Shown here: positions 18,293 to 30,085 of the stretch, piece by piece
Layout of the letters: every line of letters starts with the position of its first letter
Numbering within the stretch: position 1 is the first letter of the stretch
Assembly (NCBI GenBank): GCA_001244265.2
Contig: CDLV01000004.1
Coordinates: 372,001 to 436,000 of the forward strand
Length of the DNA stretch: 64,000 nt
From: Microbotryum violaceum
Lineage: Eukaryota
Direction of reading: 5' to 3'
Translations under genes and position numbers: made by a program
Notes under the pieces: model-generated
Databases searched by the model: none
Told to the model about the DNA's origin: nothing
What the model saw: only the letters and a program-made list of their open reading frames with translations

Positions 18293-19944
18293 CTCCCACC
18301 GGTCAAAGAGACTAACGAGACCATTCCAAGTAGCGCACGAAGTTGATCAAAGCGTTGAAATCCCAAAGGCTTCGTCATAATATCCGCGGCATTGACGTGG
18401 GTAGGGCAGTATTCAAGTTCGACCTCGCCAGAAGCAACCCGTTCTCGAACGAACAAATGAGCAATGTCGAAGTGCTTGGTTCGCATGTGATCGACCGGAT
18501 CCTTGGCGATCTGGATGCATGCGGCGTTGTCCTCTTGAATGATAGTAGGCTGTGCTTGTGGAATGCCGACATCACCAGCCAAACGACGGAGCCAGATTGC
18601 TTCACGAGTGGCTGAGGATGCAGAGAGGATTTCGGCTTCGGTAGTGGATGTAGCGATCGTAGATTGTTGCTTTGACTGCCAGGAGATAACGCCGCCAGCG
18701 AGCATTGATGCATAGGCTCCCACCGATCTGTGAGATTCCGGGTCATCCGCAAACGAGGCATCGGAGTAGACCATCAATCGAGTTGTGGAACTGTTTCGAT
18801 AAAGAATTCCCAAATCGATGGTGCTGTTGAGGTAGCGAAATATACGCTTGACCGCAGCCCAATCGTCGACAGTTGGACAGGAGTTCTTTTGAGCAACGGC
18901 ACGAACAGCAATCGCGATATTGGGTCGACATCGAGTGGACGCGTGCTGCAGGGAACCCACAGCCGATTGGTACAATGACACATCGGCAAACGGAGTAGCA
19001 TCGATTCGAAGCGAGGGGCGATCGTCCATGGGCGTGACTGCACGGCGCTTGGATGGAGAAGCGAAATCGAACTTCTCGAGCATAGTGCGGACATACTTGC
19101 TTTGGTGAACGAGGATGTAATATTTGGTGCGATGAATTTCGAAGCCCAGGAAGTAGGAGACGGGTCCGAGACGCTTGAGCTGGAAGGCCTTGTGAAGCGA
19201 TCCGAGCTCGGAGTCCAAGAAGGACTGATTGTTGGACGCGATGAGACCGTCGTCAACATAGAGAGTGATGATAGCAAACGAAGTGCCCGAATGTTTGATG
19301 TAGAGGCAAGCATCGGCAGTTGCCCTCATGTAGCCTCGAGACACCATGAGATCGTTGACGGCTCGATACCATTCACGGGGCGCCTGTTTGGTGCCATACA
19401 TGGAACCCACGAGCTTGAGGCACTTGCCAGGGGATTGAGGACGATTCCATCCTTTTGGGTATTGAACATAGACATCCTCGGTCATCTTGCCGTTGAGAAA
19501 GGCGCAGTCAAAATCGAACTGTTCGAGATACAGGCCCTGAGCAGCAGCCAGAGCAATCAAGAACAAAATCGTCGAAGAACGAGCGACAGGAGCGTAGGTG
19601 TCATGGTAGTTGATGCCTGGGCGTTGAGCAAATCCTTGAGCAACGAGACGAGCTTTGAAACGAATGATTTTGCCGTTTGCATCGCGCTTGATACTGTAGA
19701 CCCAGATCGTGCCGAGTACCCGAATTCCTTCGTGCCACATGACTTCCTGAAAGACTCCATGATGATCGAATTGTAGAAGTTCTGAGACCATTGCCGCACT
19801 CCAATGATTGCGATAGGATGACTTCATGGCTTCCTCGAATGTCTTGGGTATCTCGATGTCTTCTTCGGCGAACACGGCAGCACAGTAGGCATCGTAGGAA
19901 AGCTTGTCGTGGAACATGGGTGGAGTATCCAAGACATCGACCAT
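18274..19944 (-). CDS. copia reverse transcriptase + RNase H fragment
   Basis: [35 protein letters not shown]. Confidence 0.95.
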   Translation of the reverse strand: MVDVLDTPPMFHDKLSYDAYCAAVFAEEDIEIPKTFEEAMKSSYRNHWSAAMVSELLQFDHHGVFQEVMWHEGIRVLGTIWVYSIKRDANGKIIRFKARLVAQGFAQRPGINYHDTYAPVARSSTILFLIALAAAQGLYLEQFDFDCAFLNGKMTEDVYVQYPKGWNRPQSPGKCLKLVGSMYGTKQAPREWYRAVNDLMVSRGYMRATADACLYIKHSGTSFAIITLYVDDGLIASNNQSFLDSELGSLHKAFQLKRLGPVSYFLGFEIHRTKYYILVHQSKYVRTMLEKFDFASPSKRRAVTPMDDRPSLRIDATPFADVSLYQSAVGSLQHASTRCRPNIAIAVRAVAQKNSCPTVDDWAAVKRIFRYLNSTIDLGILYRNSSTTRLMVYSDASFADDPESHRSVGAYASMLAGGVISWQSKQQSTIATSTTEAEILSASSATREAIWLRRLAGDVGIPQAQPTIIQEDNAACIQIAKDPVDHMRTKHFDIAHLFVRERVASGEVELEYCPTHVNAADIMTKPLGFQRFDQLRALLGMVSLVSLTGGSVRSGV

Positions 19945-20626
19945 GATAGCCGAAATGATGGGAAGTATATTTTCCGGAGGTTGAGGTCGACGACGAGAAC
20001 CAGCAGGAAGGATGTTGGAAGGATCAACATTCTTGAATTGGCCAGGATTTGGACCAGTGCGAACGATGGCGTAACCTTCACGAGGAGCGAGAGCGACTTC
20101 CGCCTCACCGTCGAGTGGTTCTTCTGCGTCATGATAGTTATCAGGTCCATCGTCGAGTCCATCGTTGTCGTCATTGTCGTCATCCTTACGAGGAACGACT
20201 GCAAGATACCCCCCTGTTGACCAACTCCAATTGGAACCACCGGAGGAGGCTGTGGATCCGGCAGATGTTGCCGTCTACACCAACTTCACCTGTTGTGGAT
20301 CCAACTTTGCCGAATCCACAGCCTCCTCCGGTGGTTCCAATTGGAGTTGATCAACAGGGGGGTATCTTGCAGTCGTTCCTCGTAAGGATGACGACAATGA
20401 CGACAACGATGGACTCGACGATGGACCTGATAACTATCATGACGCAGAAGAACCACTCGACGGTGAGGCGGAAGTCGCTCTCGCTCCTCGTGAAGGTTAC
20501 GCCATCGTTCGCACTGGTCCAAATCCTGGCCAATTCAAGAATGTTGATCCTTCCAACATCCTTCCTGCTGGTTCTCGTCGTCGACCTCAACCTCCGGAAA
20601 ATATACTTCCCATCATTTCGGCTATC

Positions 20627-22297
20627 ATGGTCGATGTCTTGGATACTCCACCCATGTTCCACGACAAGCTTTCCTACGATGCCTACTGTGCTGCCGTGTT
20701 CGCCGAAGAAGACATCGAGATACCCAAGACATTCGAGGAAGCCATGAAGTCATCCTATCGCAATCATTGGAGTGCGGCAATGGTCTCAGAACTTCTACAA
20801 TTCGATCATCATGGAGTCTTTCAGGAAGTCATGTGGCACGAAGGAATTCGGGTACTCGGCACGATCTGGGTCTACAGTATCAAGCGCGATGCAAACGGCA
20901 AAATCATTCGTTTCAAAGCTCGTCTCGTTGCTCAAGGATTTGCTCAACGCCCAGGCATCAACTACCATGACACCTACGCTCCTGTCGCTCGTTCTTCGAC
21001 GATTTTGTTCTTGATTGCTCTGGCTGCTGCTCAGGGCCTGTATCTCGAACAGTTCGATTTTGACTGCGCCTTTCTCAACGGCAAGATGACCGAGGATGTC
21101 TATGTTCAATACCCAAAAGGATGGAATCGTCCTCAATCCCCTGGCAAGTGCCTCAAGCTCGTGGGTTCCATGTATGGCACCAAACAGGCGCCCCGTGAAT
21201 GGTATCGAGCCGTCAACGATCTCATGGTGTCTCGAGGCTACATGAGGGCAACTGCCGATGCTTGCCTCTACATCAAACATTCGGGCACTTCGTTTGCTAT
21301 CATCACTCTCTATGTTGACGACGGTCTCATCGCGTCCAACAATCAGTCCTTCTTGGACTCCGAGCTCGGATCGCTTCACAAGGCCTTCCAGCTCAAGCGT
21401 CTCGGACCCGTCTCCTACTTCCTGGGCTTCGAAATTCATCGCACCAAATATTACATCCTCGTTCACCAAAGCAAGTATGTCCGCACTATGCTCGAGAAGT
21501 TCGATTTCGCTTCTCCATCCAAGCGCCGTGCAGTCACGCCCATGGACGATCGCCCCTCGCTTCGAATCGATGCTACTCCGTTTGCCGATGTGTCATTGTA
21601 CCAATCGGCTGTGGGTTCCCTGCAGCACGCGTCCACTCGATGTCGACCCAATATCGCGATTGCTGTTCGTGCCGTTGCTCAAAAGAACTCCTGTCCAACT
21701 GTCGACGATTGGGCTGCGGTCAAGCGTATATTTCGCTACCTCAACAGCACCATCGATTTGGGAATTCTTTATCGAAACAGTTCCACAACTCGATTGATGG
21801 TCTACTCCGATGCCTCGTTTGCGGATGACCCGGAATCTCACAGATCGGTGGGAGCCTATGCATCAATGCTCGCTGGCGGCGTTATCTCCTGGCAGTCAAA
21901 GCAACAATCTACGATCGCTACATCCACTACCGAAGCCGAAATCCTCTCTGCATCCTCAGCCACTCGTGAAGCAATCTGGCTCCGTCGTTTGGCTGGTGAT
22001 GTCGGCATTCCACAAGCACAGCCTACTATCATTCAAGAGGACAACGCCGCATGCATCCAGATCGCCAAGGATCCGGTCGATCACATGCGAACCAAGCACT
22101 TCGACATTGCTCATTTGTTCGTTCGAGAACGGGTTGCTTCTGGCGAGGTCGAACTTGAATACTGCCCTACCCACGTCAATGCCGCGGATATTATGACGAA
22201 GCCTTTGGGATTTCAACGCTTTGATCAACTTCGTGCGCTACTTGGAATGGTCTCGTTAGTCTCTTTGACCGGTGGGAGTGTTAGAAGTGGGGTCTGA
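20627..22297 (+). CDS. copia reverse transcriptase + RNase H fragment (mirror copy)
   Basis: Translation identical to 18274-19944. Confidence 0.95.
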   Translation: MVDVLDTPPMFHDKLSYDAYCAAVFAEEDIEIPKTFEEAMKSSYRNHWSAAMVSELLQFDHHGVFQEVMWHEGIRVLGTIWVYSIKRDANGKIIRFKARLVAQGFAQRPGINYHDTYAPVARSSTILFLIALAAAQGLYLEQFDFDCAFLNGKMTEDVYVQYPKGWNRPQSPGKCLKLVGSMYGTKQAPREWYRAVNDLMVSRGYMRATADACLYIKHSGTSFAIITLYVDDGLIASNNQSFLDSELGSLHKAFQLKRLGPVSYFLGFEIHRTKYYILVHQSKYVRTMLEKFDFASPSKRRAVTPMDDRPSLRIDATPFADVSLYQSAVGSLQHASTRCRPNIAIAVRAVAQKNSCPTVDDWAAVKRIFRYLNSTIDLGILYRNSSTTRLMVYSDASFADDPESHRSVGAYASMLAGGVISWQSKQQSTIATSTTEAEILSASSATREAIWLRRLAGDVGIPQAQPTIIQEDNAACIQIAKDPVDHMRTKHFDIAHLFVRERVASGEVELEYCPTHVNAADIMTKPLGFQRFDQLRALLGMVSLVSLTGGSVRSGV

Positions 22298-22467
22298 GAG
22301 CCTAACTCATTGCTATTAGTCTTGGTTAATACTTTATTCTGCGCGCGCGCCTATCTTTGTCTTTGCGTCTTTTTTCCTTCTGGGTTCCTTCTCCACGCTA
22401 TTCTCATCATCTCACTCGTGTACCTCGGAGCTGAGTCGTGGAGTACCTCTTAGTCCGTGTTGCAACA
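22279..22467 (+). repeat. copia-2 3' LTR (189 bp)
   Basis: Follows PPT-like GGTGGGAG; TGTTAG...TGCAACA. Confidence 0.9.
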
Positions 22468-23662
22468 GAGTCGGATTGGGAAGTTGGGAGGAGATGCTGG
22501 AGATTGACTCGCGGTAAAGACGCTTGATGTGCAGAGTAGGCTCAAAGGTTGTAAGCGCCGGCAATATCTCCGTTCTGAATGTGGGCGTAACCAAAGTTCC
22601 ATGAAGCAGCTCGGTTCGTCGATCTAATTACTGATCGTTGACGTGATGTGTGACGTCAATGTTGTTGACGGTCACATGGAAGTACTTGTTCGAGCCAACC
22701 TCCTTCAGTTTCGTCGAATTCGCCTTCGTCAAGCTCGCAGCTGCCTGGAGAGTCGCCCAGCGAGATGTCGTCAAGCCGCAATCGTACAGAAATGTTGTCA
22801 ATCGGTCGTTCGCTCCACATGCGAGAGTCATGAGACGGTTGCGATGCTGCATGGTGTTGTTCCCTCGGTTGCAAGCGAATTCGATCTGACCCATGATACT
22901 GCGGTAAAGCTGCGGCCAGCGTGTTGATCTTTGGTGTCAGTTCGCTGCGATACCCAGCCGAGCTAGGGTCAGAAACACTCACAAACTCGATACGCCTTTT
23001 TTCGTGACCAGGCTCTTGCTCTTGCTCTGGATCGGAACCATTCTCCGGGGTGGCTTCTTTCATCTCGACATCAGTGGAGGCTGTTGGGTCCTTGTCGCAA
23101 TTGATTGGCTCAGCCGGTGGTGGGTCTCCGCATTGTGATAGCAAGTTACGAATCCGTCCGCTGATAAAAAGGGTTGTCTTCGGCGATTGCATCGAGCCGG
23201 GCGTCGATGTAATCGGATGCGAGGACTTCGGGAGTCAAGTCATGACTAGCGACGAAGGCCGACTTGGTTCGCTTCATCTCTTTAATGATGATCGAGTCGG
23301 CCTGCACGCGGATAAGGCAAGTATTCAGTAGCTTTTTCGAATCCGGAGAATCAATCCGAGAAGTACGAAGTGCTGCCCACCTGCTCGGCGATCCAGTCAT
23401 TGATTCGGCTGCTTGACTCTGCGCCATCCTCACGTGCAAGTCGTAGAATCAGATCAAGCACACGCTTGAGGCTGGACCAGTTGCTGTTGAACAGCTTTGG
23501 TCGGTGTGTTTGAACGCCTTCAAAGCGTGTGGAAGGGCTGAAGTACGACAACAGGTATTGACACAGCGAAAGATCGCGGCTACGAAATTCAGCGAATAGA
23601 TCCGCCTCGCGGCGGGTGTTCTGGCGAGTTGACGAGGTATGGTGTCTGCTTGTTCGGGTCAT
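22468..23662 (-). pseudogene. decayed N-terminal part of a DUF6589-like (putative transposase) gene, cut by the copia LTR
   Basis: NTMQHRNRLMTLACGANDRLTTFLYDCGLTTS and HVTVNNIDVTHHVNDQ*LDRRTELLHGT resemble the region preceding fungal DUF6589 domains; stops and frameshifts. Confidence 0.45.
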
Positions 23663-24347
23663 TTTTGGGTTTAAATATTGTCGCGCTTGACGTGGACGAC
23701 GGTGATCGTGAAAAGAGGAGAACAGTGAAGCGTACGCAAGGGGATCAAGCCGAACGGAGCAGGCTCACCGATGATGAGAGCGCCAATTACACGATGCGCT
23801 CGGACCATCTGAGGCCCGATCGACCGAAAGAGCAGACTTCAGATCGCTGTAGCTCCACCCACAGCTCATGAGAGCTCCCGCCACTTGGGTTATGTCAGTT
23901 TTAGAGCATAAAGAAAAATAGTGTCCCTCACTTTTGCAGGAATGCGCCTAGTTGCCAAGATACAGAGAACCACCCCAAAATGGCCCTGAAATTTCGGAGG
24001 GCAACTGGGCCAAGCGCGCCGATAACTCGTAAGCCCCTCCCAGAGGGAGGGCTTAGTTGAGCTTACTCTCAAGCGCTCTCAAGCGCGGCGCGCGACAGCT
24101 CGCGACAGTGGTTCGACGTGAGCCCCTGCCTCAGACTCGAGAGCTCATTCTCGCTACGAGCCGGGGACGCGTGACGGTCAGCACCTCATCCTTTGGAAGC
24201 TTGAAAGTCTACGGAGCGGGTGAGTCGTTCTTTCGGCCTTTTTCGAGCCAACCAACGCACGCCCGAGGCCCCCGCTACCGCTCTCTGGGGTTTCAGTTGC
24301 CGCCAGCAGGACCCCCGAAAGCCCAGCCGGAGGCGCAATTTTTTTTT

Positions 24348-25680
24348 GAGAACAGGACGAAAATGCCCTCGCTTCTTTTCATGAGGACAGAAATGCCCTT
24401 CTCTAAAGGACCAAAATGCCCTCGGATTCTCGACTTCTGTAACACTTGATATATCAGCTCATAACCAAGAGGGTAGCTTCTTGTAGTCGTTGTGATCATC
24501 GCCGTATACTCAGAATCCCCAGAGATGCCGTGAGAATTCAGTTATCACGGTCGCAAAGTCAACGTCAGGGCCCTATCGCGACTGAAGCGAGTCCAAGTCG
24601 AAAGCGAGCGATGAGTATAGACCGAGTGGATTCCATATGAAACAGGTCAGCAGTAGTAGCATTGACAGTCTTGACACCTTATGCTCAGATTCAAATGGTT
24701 TATCTATCTATCGCATGTAACTCGGTTGTGTCCGGGGCCTTTGCAGAGACCACAGATCGTTTCGCGCTTGGACCTGTCGTCCGCACCCCGGATCCTGCGT
24801 TTGATCGGACGTCGTGTACGCTTGGAGAGATGTGACGGAATGATAATGACACCCTCTTCTTCGCCAGTTGAGTCACTATCGTCCACTTCACCATGACCTC
24901 ATGCCGCTCACGAGGAACACGATGCAGCTTCCATTCGGCCCGAGATGGAACAGGTTGGAGCGGTGTCGCGTAAGTCTGCTCTTGCTGTCGCCGGTGTGCA
25001 GCAGCGATCGGTGACTGTGGGCTTCATTGAAGAAAATGATGGTCCAAACACTGAATTCTTCTTTGGGGATAGCAGTGGCAGAGAAGGAGCACGGAGGATC
25101 TTGGACACTTGCTCACGACGCGTGTCAGACTTGCGAATGTCGAGCTGAAACTGGTGATCAAGCGCATATTGATGGCCGCATCTGTGAGCTCCTTCTTTTC
25201 GTAGAGACTTTCCCCCTCCCTGAAAAAATGTTCCATTGTCGAAAGTCGGTGGTGACTTCGATGTTGGGTCGAGAATGCGGAAGGTGGCCAACGTCGATTC
25301 GCGAACTCGCGCGCCTCGACGCGTCGAGGATCGACGAGGCCCCCTGACTTTGCGACCGTGATAACTGAATTCTCACGGCATCTCTGGGGATTCTGAGTAT
25401 ACGGCGATGATCACAACGACTACAGGAAGCTACCCTCTTGGTTATGAGCTGATATATCAAGTGTTACAGAAGTCGAGAATCCGAGGGCATTTTGGTCCTT
25501 TAGAGAAGGGCATTTCTGTCCTCATGAAAAGAAGCGAGGGCATTTTCGTCCTTTTCTCAAAAAAATTGCGCCTCCGGCTGGGCTTTCGGGGTCCTGCCGG
25601 CGGTAACTGAAACGCCAGAGAGCGGTAGCGGGGCTTTACGTCCTTTCGCTATCTTTCGAGGGCATTTTGGTCCTTTTATC
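24348..25680 (-). mobile_element. Mutator-like (MULE) non-autonomous derivative inserted in a poly-T tract
   Basis: TIRs GAGAACAGGACGAAAATGCCCTCG / CGAGGGCATTTTGGTCCTTTTATC; poly-T on both sides; C-terminal transposase-like remnant RPIKRRIR...CGLCKGPGHNRVTC (24704-24886). Confidence 0.7.
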
Positions 25681-26110
25681 TTTTTTTTTTTTTTTTTTTT
25701 TTTTTGACATTTTGAAGACCCAAAATCCTGAAAATCGTCGAGGCGCATTGCAAAAAATTGACATTTTGGGACGAAACACACGTTTCGCCCCCGAGGCGCA
25801 TGTCTACATTTTGACATTTTCCCATGAGTCGCCCAATTTTCACTGAGGGTCCAGGCGCGCGGCTGGAAATTCCAGGGGCTTGGGTAATACACTCGTGAGG
25901 TGGTAATACCCGACCCACTGGTATTTCCAGCCGCGCGGGTATTACCACTTCACGAGGGGTATTACCCAAGCCGCTGGTATTTCTGTCGGTTGGGTATTAA
26001 CCTTCTCAGCTGGTATTTCCACCCGAAAAGTCTCAGTAGGGGCTCTTGTGCGGAGCACGACCGAGCGCAATTAGCATTAGGTTTTTTGTGATGGGTGTCA
26101 CCTTCGCAGT

Positions 26111-26198
26111 ACTAATGCTCATATTCGAATTTACTAATGCTTACACTCGAATTTACTGATACTTGTATTCGAATTTACTAATGCTCATATCCGAATTG
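26111..26198. repeat. 22-bp minisatellite, 4 copies
   Basis: ACTAATGCTCATATTCGAATTT-like units. Confidence 0.85.
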
Positions 26199-26559
26199 TA
26201 GTTTTTCAATGCAGGGTTTTCTACTGTATTATGATATAGGTACACTACAAAGCAGCAAACTGAGTGTCCACGTCCGTCACAGGCTCCTCCCATTTGTCTG
26301 GATTGTCGGATTGATCAAGATCTAAACCGCCCGAAGCTCCGGCTGCCGCTCCTCTTGCCCGTTTCTTATTCCCTTTAGTCGGCTCTAATTATTCCTCTTC
26401 CTCTTCCTCTTCCTCTTCCTCTACCCGAGACTGCTCTTCCTCGCTTTCTTCTCTGCGACGGACCCGCCTAGTGATCGTCTTCTGGCTAATGCGAGAAGAT
26501 TGTTTAGCGTTCGCCTCCTTCGCCGATTTTGACTGACCCGGGCCTCTTGTTCAATCGAG

Positions 26560-27090
26560 AGTAGCGACTAACCTTCAGAGCAGATCCTGCGCCTAGCTCG
26601 TTGAGCAATCTTGTGATGCCCGCCCTGAAAAGCCGTCCATGATTCCCGCCAACCGACAGGCCTCACGGTCGTACTGCAGTCTATACGCGGCTCAGGACAT
26701 TCGCCAACGCATCAATAACAAGTTCTTCATAGAGCCAGTCGCCCGATATGACACTTAAGAAAGCCGTGCGCTCACGAATCTGAAAGAGGATGACGAGTGA
26801 GTGCCCGAGCAAGCGCACGCTCCGTACAAGACTGGCAGGTTCCACGCAACTCACATATTTGACGATATCTCGTTGTTTTGCAGGTCCAAAACGTCCCCAC
26901 ACAGTAGTGTTGCTTTGCGTTTTGGCTTGAATGAGCCTGAACGCGTCCTTGAGGTTGAACTCCTTAGGCATGTGGTAGTCTGGAGTCCACATGCCAACCA
27001 TAAAGGTTGATGGGGTCAGGTGTGGTGATTCCTGCCTTTACTAGTGCATCCCGTATAACCGACTGGTCGAAGGACATCACACAGATAGTG
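26560..27090 (-). CDS. hypothetical spliced gene carried by the CACTG element
   Basis: ORF pieces MSFDQSVIRDALVKAG... and MPKEFNLKDAF...WLYEELVIDALANV with intron-like gaps, followed by a Glu/Arg-rich tract near 26400. Confidence 0.3.
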
Positions 27091-28835
27091 AGCACTGAGG
27101 AGTCAGATCGACGAGATGGCGTCGCGCCCCGATCGTTGAGCCGCCGGTACTCACGCAAACCCAAGTATAGTATACTCGCGCAGGCTCATAGAACCCTTGT
27201 CTTTTCAACGTATTTTCTGGCTGGAAGAAACAAGAAGACAGGTAGCCGCAGTGGGCCGATGGTAAAGGACGGCGGCGGGGTTGAAAAAGAACACGTCAGC
27301 AAGTTCCCTCAACTGTGGCGGTGCAGACGCAGACCGCGAAGATTTCAGCTCTCTGTACACACGTGGGCGCCAATCATGCGGTGGTTAGTTCTCCTTGTCC
27401 ATCCTTGTTGTACGTCTTGCCGTGGTCGACGATGTTCGTGTCATGGTAGGAAGACGTAGGCGGGGACGGTTGAGCTTCGACGTGGGCACAAGTGGATCGA
27501 AGGCGAAAGAAGGAAAGAAGCGCGCGGACGCATGGCGCCATTCTTCAGCGCACATAATCAAATCTGCCTAATCGCTGCTCGTATTGCTCATTACTGTAGC
27601 CCTAATGTCCCGGATGGCCTGCCGGACTTAGCGTCGTTCGTTGCTCTTCAGTCTCACGTCTCACGGTAATTAACCAATCGATTGCGCCACCATGACACGC
27701 AACCAGTCTTCTCGCCTATGCCATTGTTCGTTGTGCAATGATGCAATGGTATCAAGAGCGACACTAGTTCTACCGCCACAAACGCCTACAACCTGTTGAC
27801 TCTGCCAGAGCCGACGCAACTGCTATCCTCGAGTTCTCGCGGTAGCCATCGGAACCTCCAACGTTGCTTGCTCCTGAGGCCCAATCGTTCCAGGCCCCTT
27901 TACCAACTCCTGGTTGGTTTGCAAGTCGCTCGCCACCACAATCAGCCACAAACGAAGCGCAATATGGAGTGCCCACCAGTCCCAAAGGTCCCTACTCTTC
28001 TCAAGGAGATTACGAGTCCGAGCGAGCTTCTTCGGTCGGGGGATCAATGGGGTCAAGTGAGGACCAAGCGCTAGGATTGGACGAAGAAGATTTTCGCGAC
28101 ACAACAGTTTGACGCGGCATTTGATTGGGGAATGGTGTCTCCTGACCTGGAATACGAGGACCGCTCCAGCTCTAGTAGCTCGCTCCCATTCGACGACGAC
28201 GACGACGGCGACGACTCACGTACAAACACTAATTTGTGCCTCTCACTCCACAAACTTTCCTGGTAGGGAAGATCAGGTCTCTTAATCTAAGTCGATTGGA
28301 AGCCGTCGACGCTATCGAGCGGACTCCGGTGGCCAAGCCAGCGCAAAGGCGGCAAAAAAGAAAGGCTGCATTTGTTGTCAGTGCGCAGAGGCACCAAAAC
28401 TTGTTTTTCACTCGAGGTCAAGGAACTCTGGGAGCGATCGAGATTATAGATCTGCGCTGCATCTTAGGCTCATCTGGTCGCATCTATCGGAGGGTGGGTC
28501 GAGACTCGAGAGGAGCCTCGCGAGTATATTTTTGACCGATTGGAGGACGAAGCTCGGCCCAATTTCTTGAACTTGTAATCCATTCCCAGCTGTTTTCCAT
28601 CTGCTAGGCTAGAAGTCATTTGGCTCATGCTGAGACAGCTGAGAGTAGCGGTATGACTAGGATCTAGATCCAATATATAAGTGGACAATACCATACCTGG
28701 CTGGGAAAACCACCGGGCGAGGGTAATAATGGTGCCGGCTGGTATTACCACGGGCAGAATCTCCTTCGGCCAGGGCGATATCACCTCGCGACCTGGAAAT
28801 ACCCAGGCGTCTGGGTAATACCCGACGGCCTGGTA

Positions 28836-30085
28836 CAGTCAAACCTGAGCAAATTTATATCGCTCAATCTTATACCTGGCAAAATTTATGGACTTTTCAA
28901 TCTCCCGACTTTTTTGGCTGACAGAACCTGTCCAATCGTATACCTTATAATTTATGGGTTTACAGGTCAAATTATAAGATAAGAGAGAGCCGGAAATGAG
29001 CGATTGATCAGGAATTGGCCTCTCCTTCGGCGTTCTTGTTGACGAGCCGCCTGCTGGAACAGTCCGAAAGCGAGCACAGTAGAGCAAAGGCGGCGGTTGA
29101 CCGTTGACAGGCTATTAGTCGCGACGTGCTTCTCTCTCCTCTTCCCCGACAACGACACCGAAATGATCATCTTCCCAATTCGAGAAGCCCTCATCAGAAA
29201 TTCCTCTTCATATCATCATGGTCTCATTCCCTTTCCGGAATTCAACTGCTGGCGCCACGCTCCATTCTTGTCTGATCGCAAGAACAAAGGATCGACCGAC
29301 CATACACCTCTTCCCAATGGTCGCGGGCCTCTCGATGGCGATCGCGGCATCATCAACGCGATGAACGCTCGATCTGAAGACGGCGAACGATGAGCTGGTC
29401 GAAAAGGGGATAGTTACGAGCAACGAGAAGATGAGTATCCACTTTCTCGTCGATGTGGAGGAGGAGAACCTTGCTGGTGGGGCTGAAATAACCGATCAGG
29501 ATATTGTGGACCTGGTCATTGCCGAAGAGTTGGAGGAGAATTGCGAGGGAGAACTTGAAGGAGGAGAGGAGGAAGCGGAGATAGAGCTCCGACCGGCGGA
29601 GCGAACGACGCTGAAGGAGGCAATCTCAGCGCTTGATGTTTTCTTTAGGTTTGCTATGAATGGGTACTCAGGTCCAACGGATTTGATTTCTCTCGAGGAC
29701 GAGGCTAGGAGGATTCGCAGGACTCTTGTTGCCGAGCAGGATGCCGCGAGGATTCAGACGACAATGACTTCGTATTTCCAGCGTTCAGTAGGTCAAGATA
29801 TTTTTGCTTGGAGCTTTCATAACTTGTTAGATGTCATCATGCCTCGGTAGAGACCGTACATTGGCTGCAAGTCAGCATTTCGGGCCCTCTGAATTTCCTC
29901 CCCCTCAAAAGTCAATGTATCGACTCAAACAATGCACGAAAATTCTTGATTTGATGTAGGAAGCTCAAAAACGGAGTTTCAGGTCATAATGTACTGATCT
30001 GAAGCCGAACTCTCCAAGCTTATACCTGTCTTAATTTATGGGAAAATCCGTCCACCGAAAATATAAATTTTCTCAGGTTTGACTG
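28836..30085 (+). mobile_element. pogo/Tigger-like Tc1-mariner deletion derivative
   Basis: TIR CAGTCAAACCTGAG(C/A)AAATTTATAT at both ends, TA on both flanks; ORF 29431-29850 has the pogo/CENP-B-like tail (ITDQDIVDLV...TLKEAISALD...QTTMTSYF). Confidence 0.9.

Larger units (their letters stand above)
18027..22467. mobile_element. Palindrome of two copia-2 3' halves (LTR-RNaseH-RT / RT-RNaseH-LTR), centre ~20285
   Basis: Identical 556-aa ORFs at 18274-19944 (-) and 20627-22297 (+); LTRs 18027-18292 and 22279-22467; ~44-nt spacer; no shared TSD (CGTAT vs GAGTC). Confidence 0.95.

Noticed and set aside
24268-25634. Single MITE with 300-bp TIRs
   Set aside because: No TSD; better explained as a MULE inside a P-like end plus an inverted duplication.
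26111-26198. CRISPR-like array (also the 191-bp repeats and CACTG subterminal repeats)
   Set aside because: No unique spacers between constant repeats, no cas genes, eukaryotic context.
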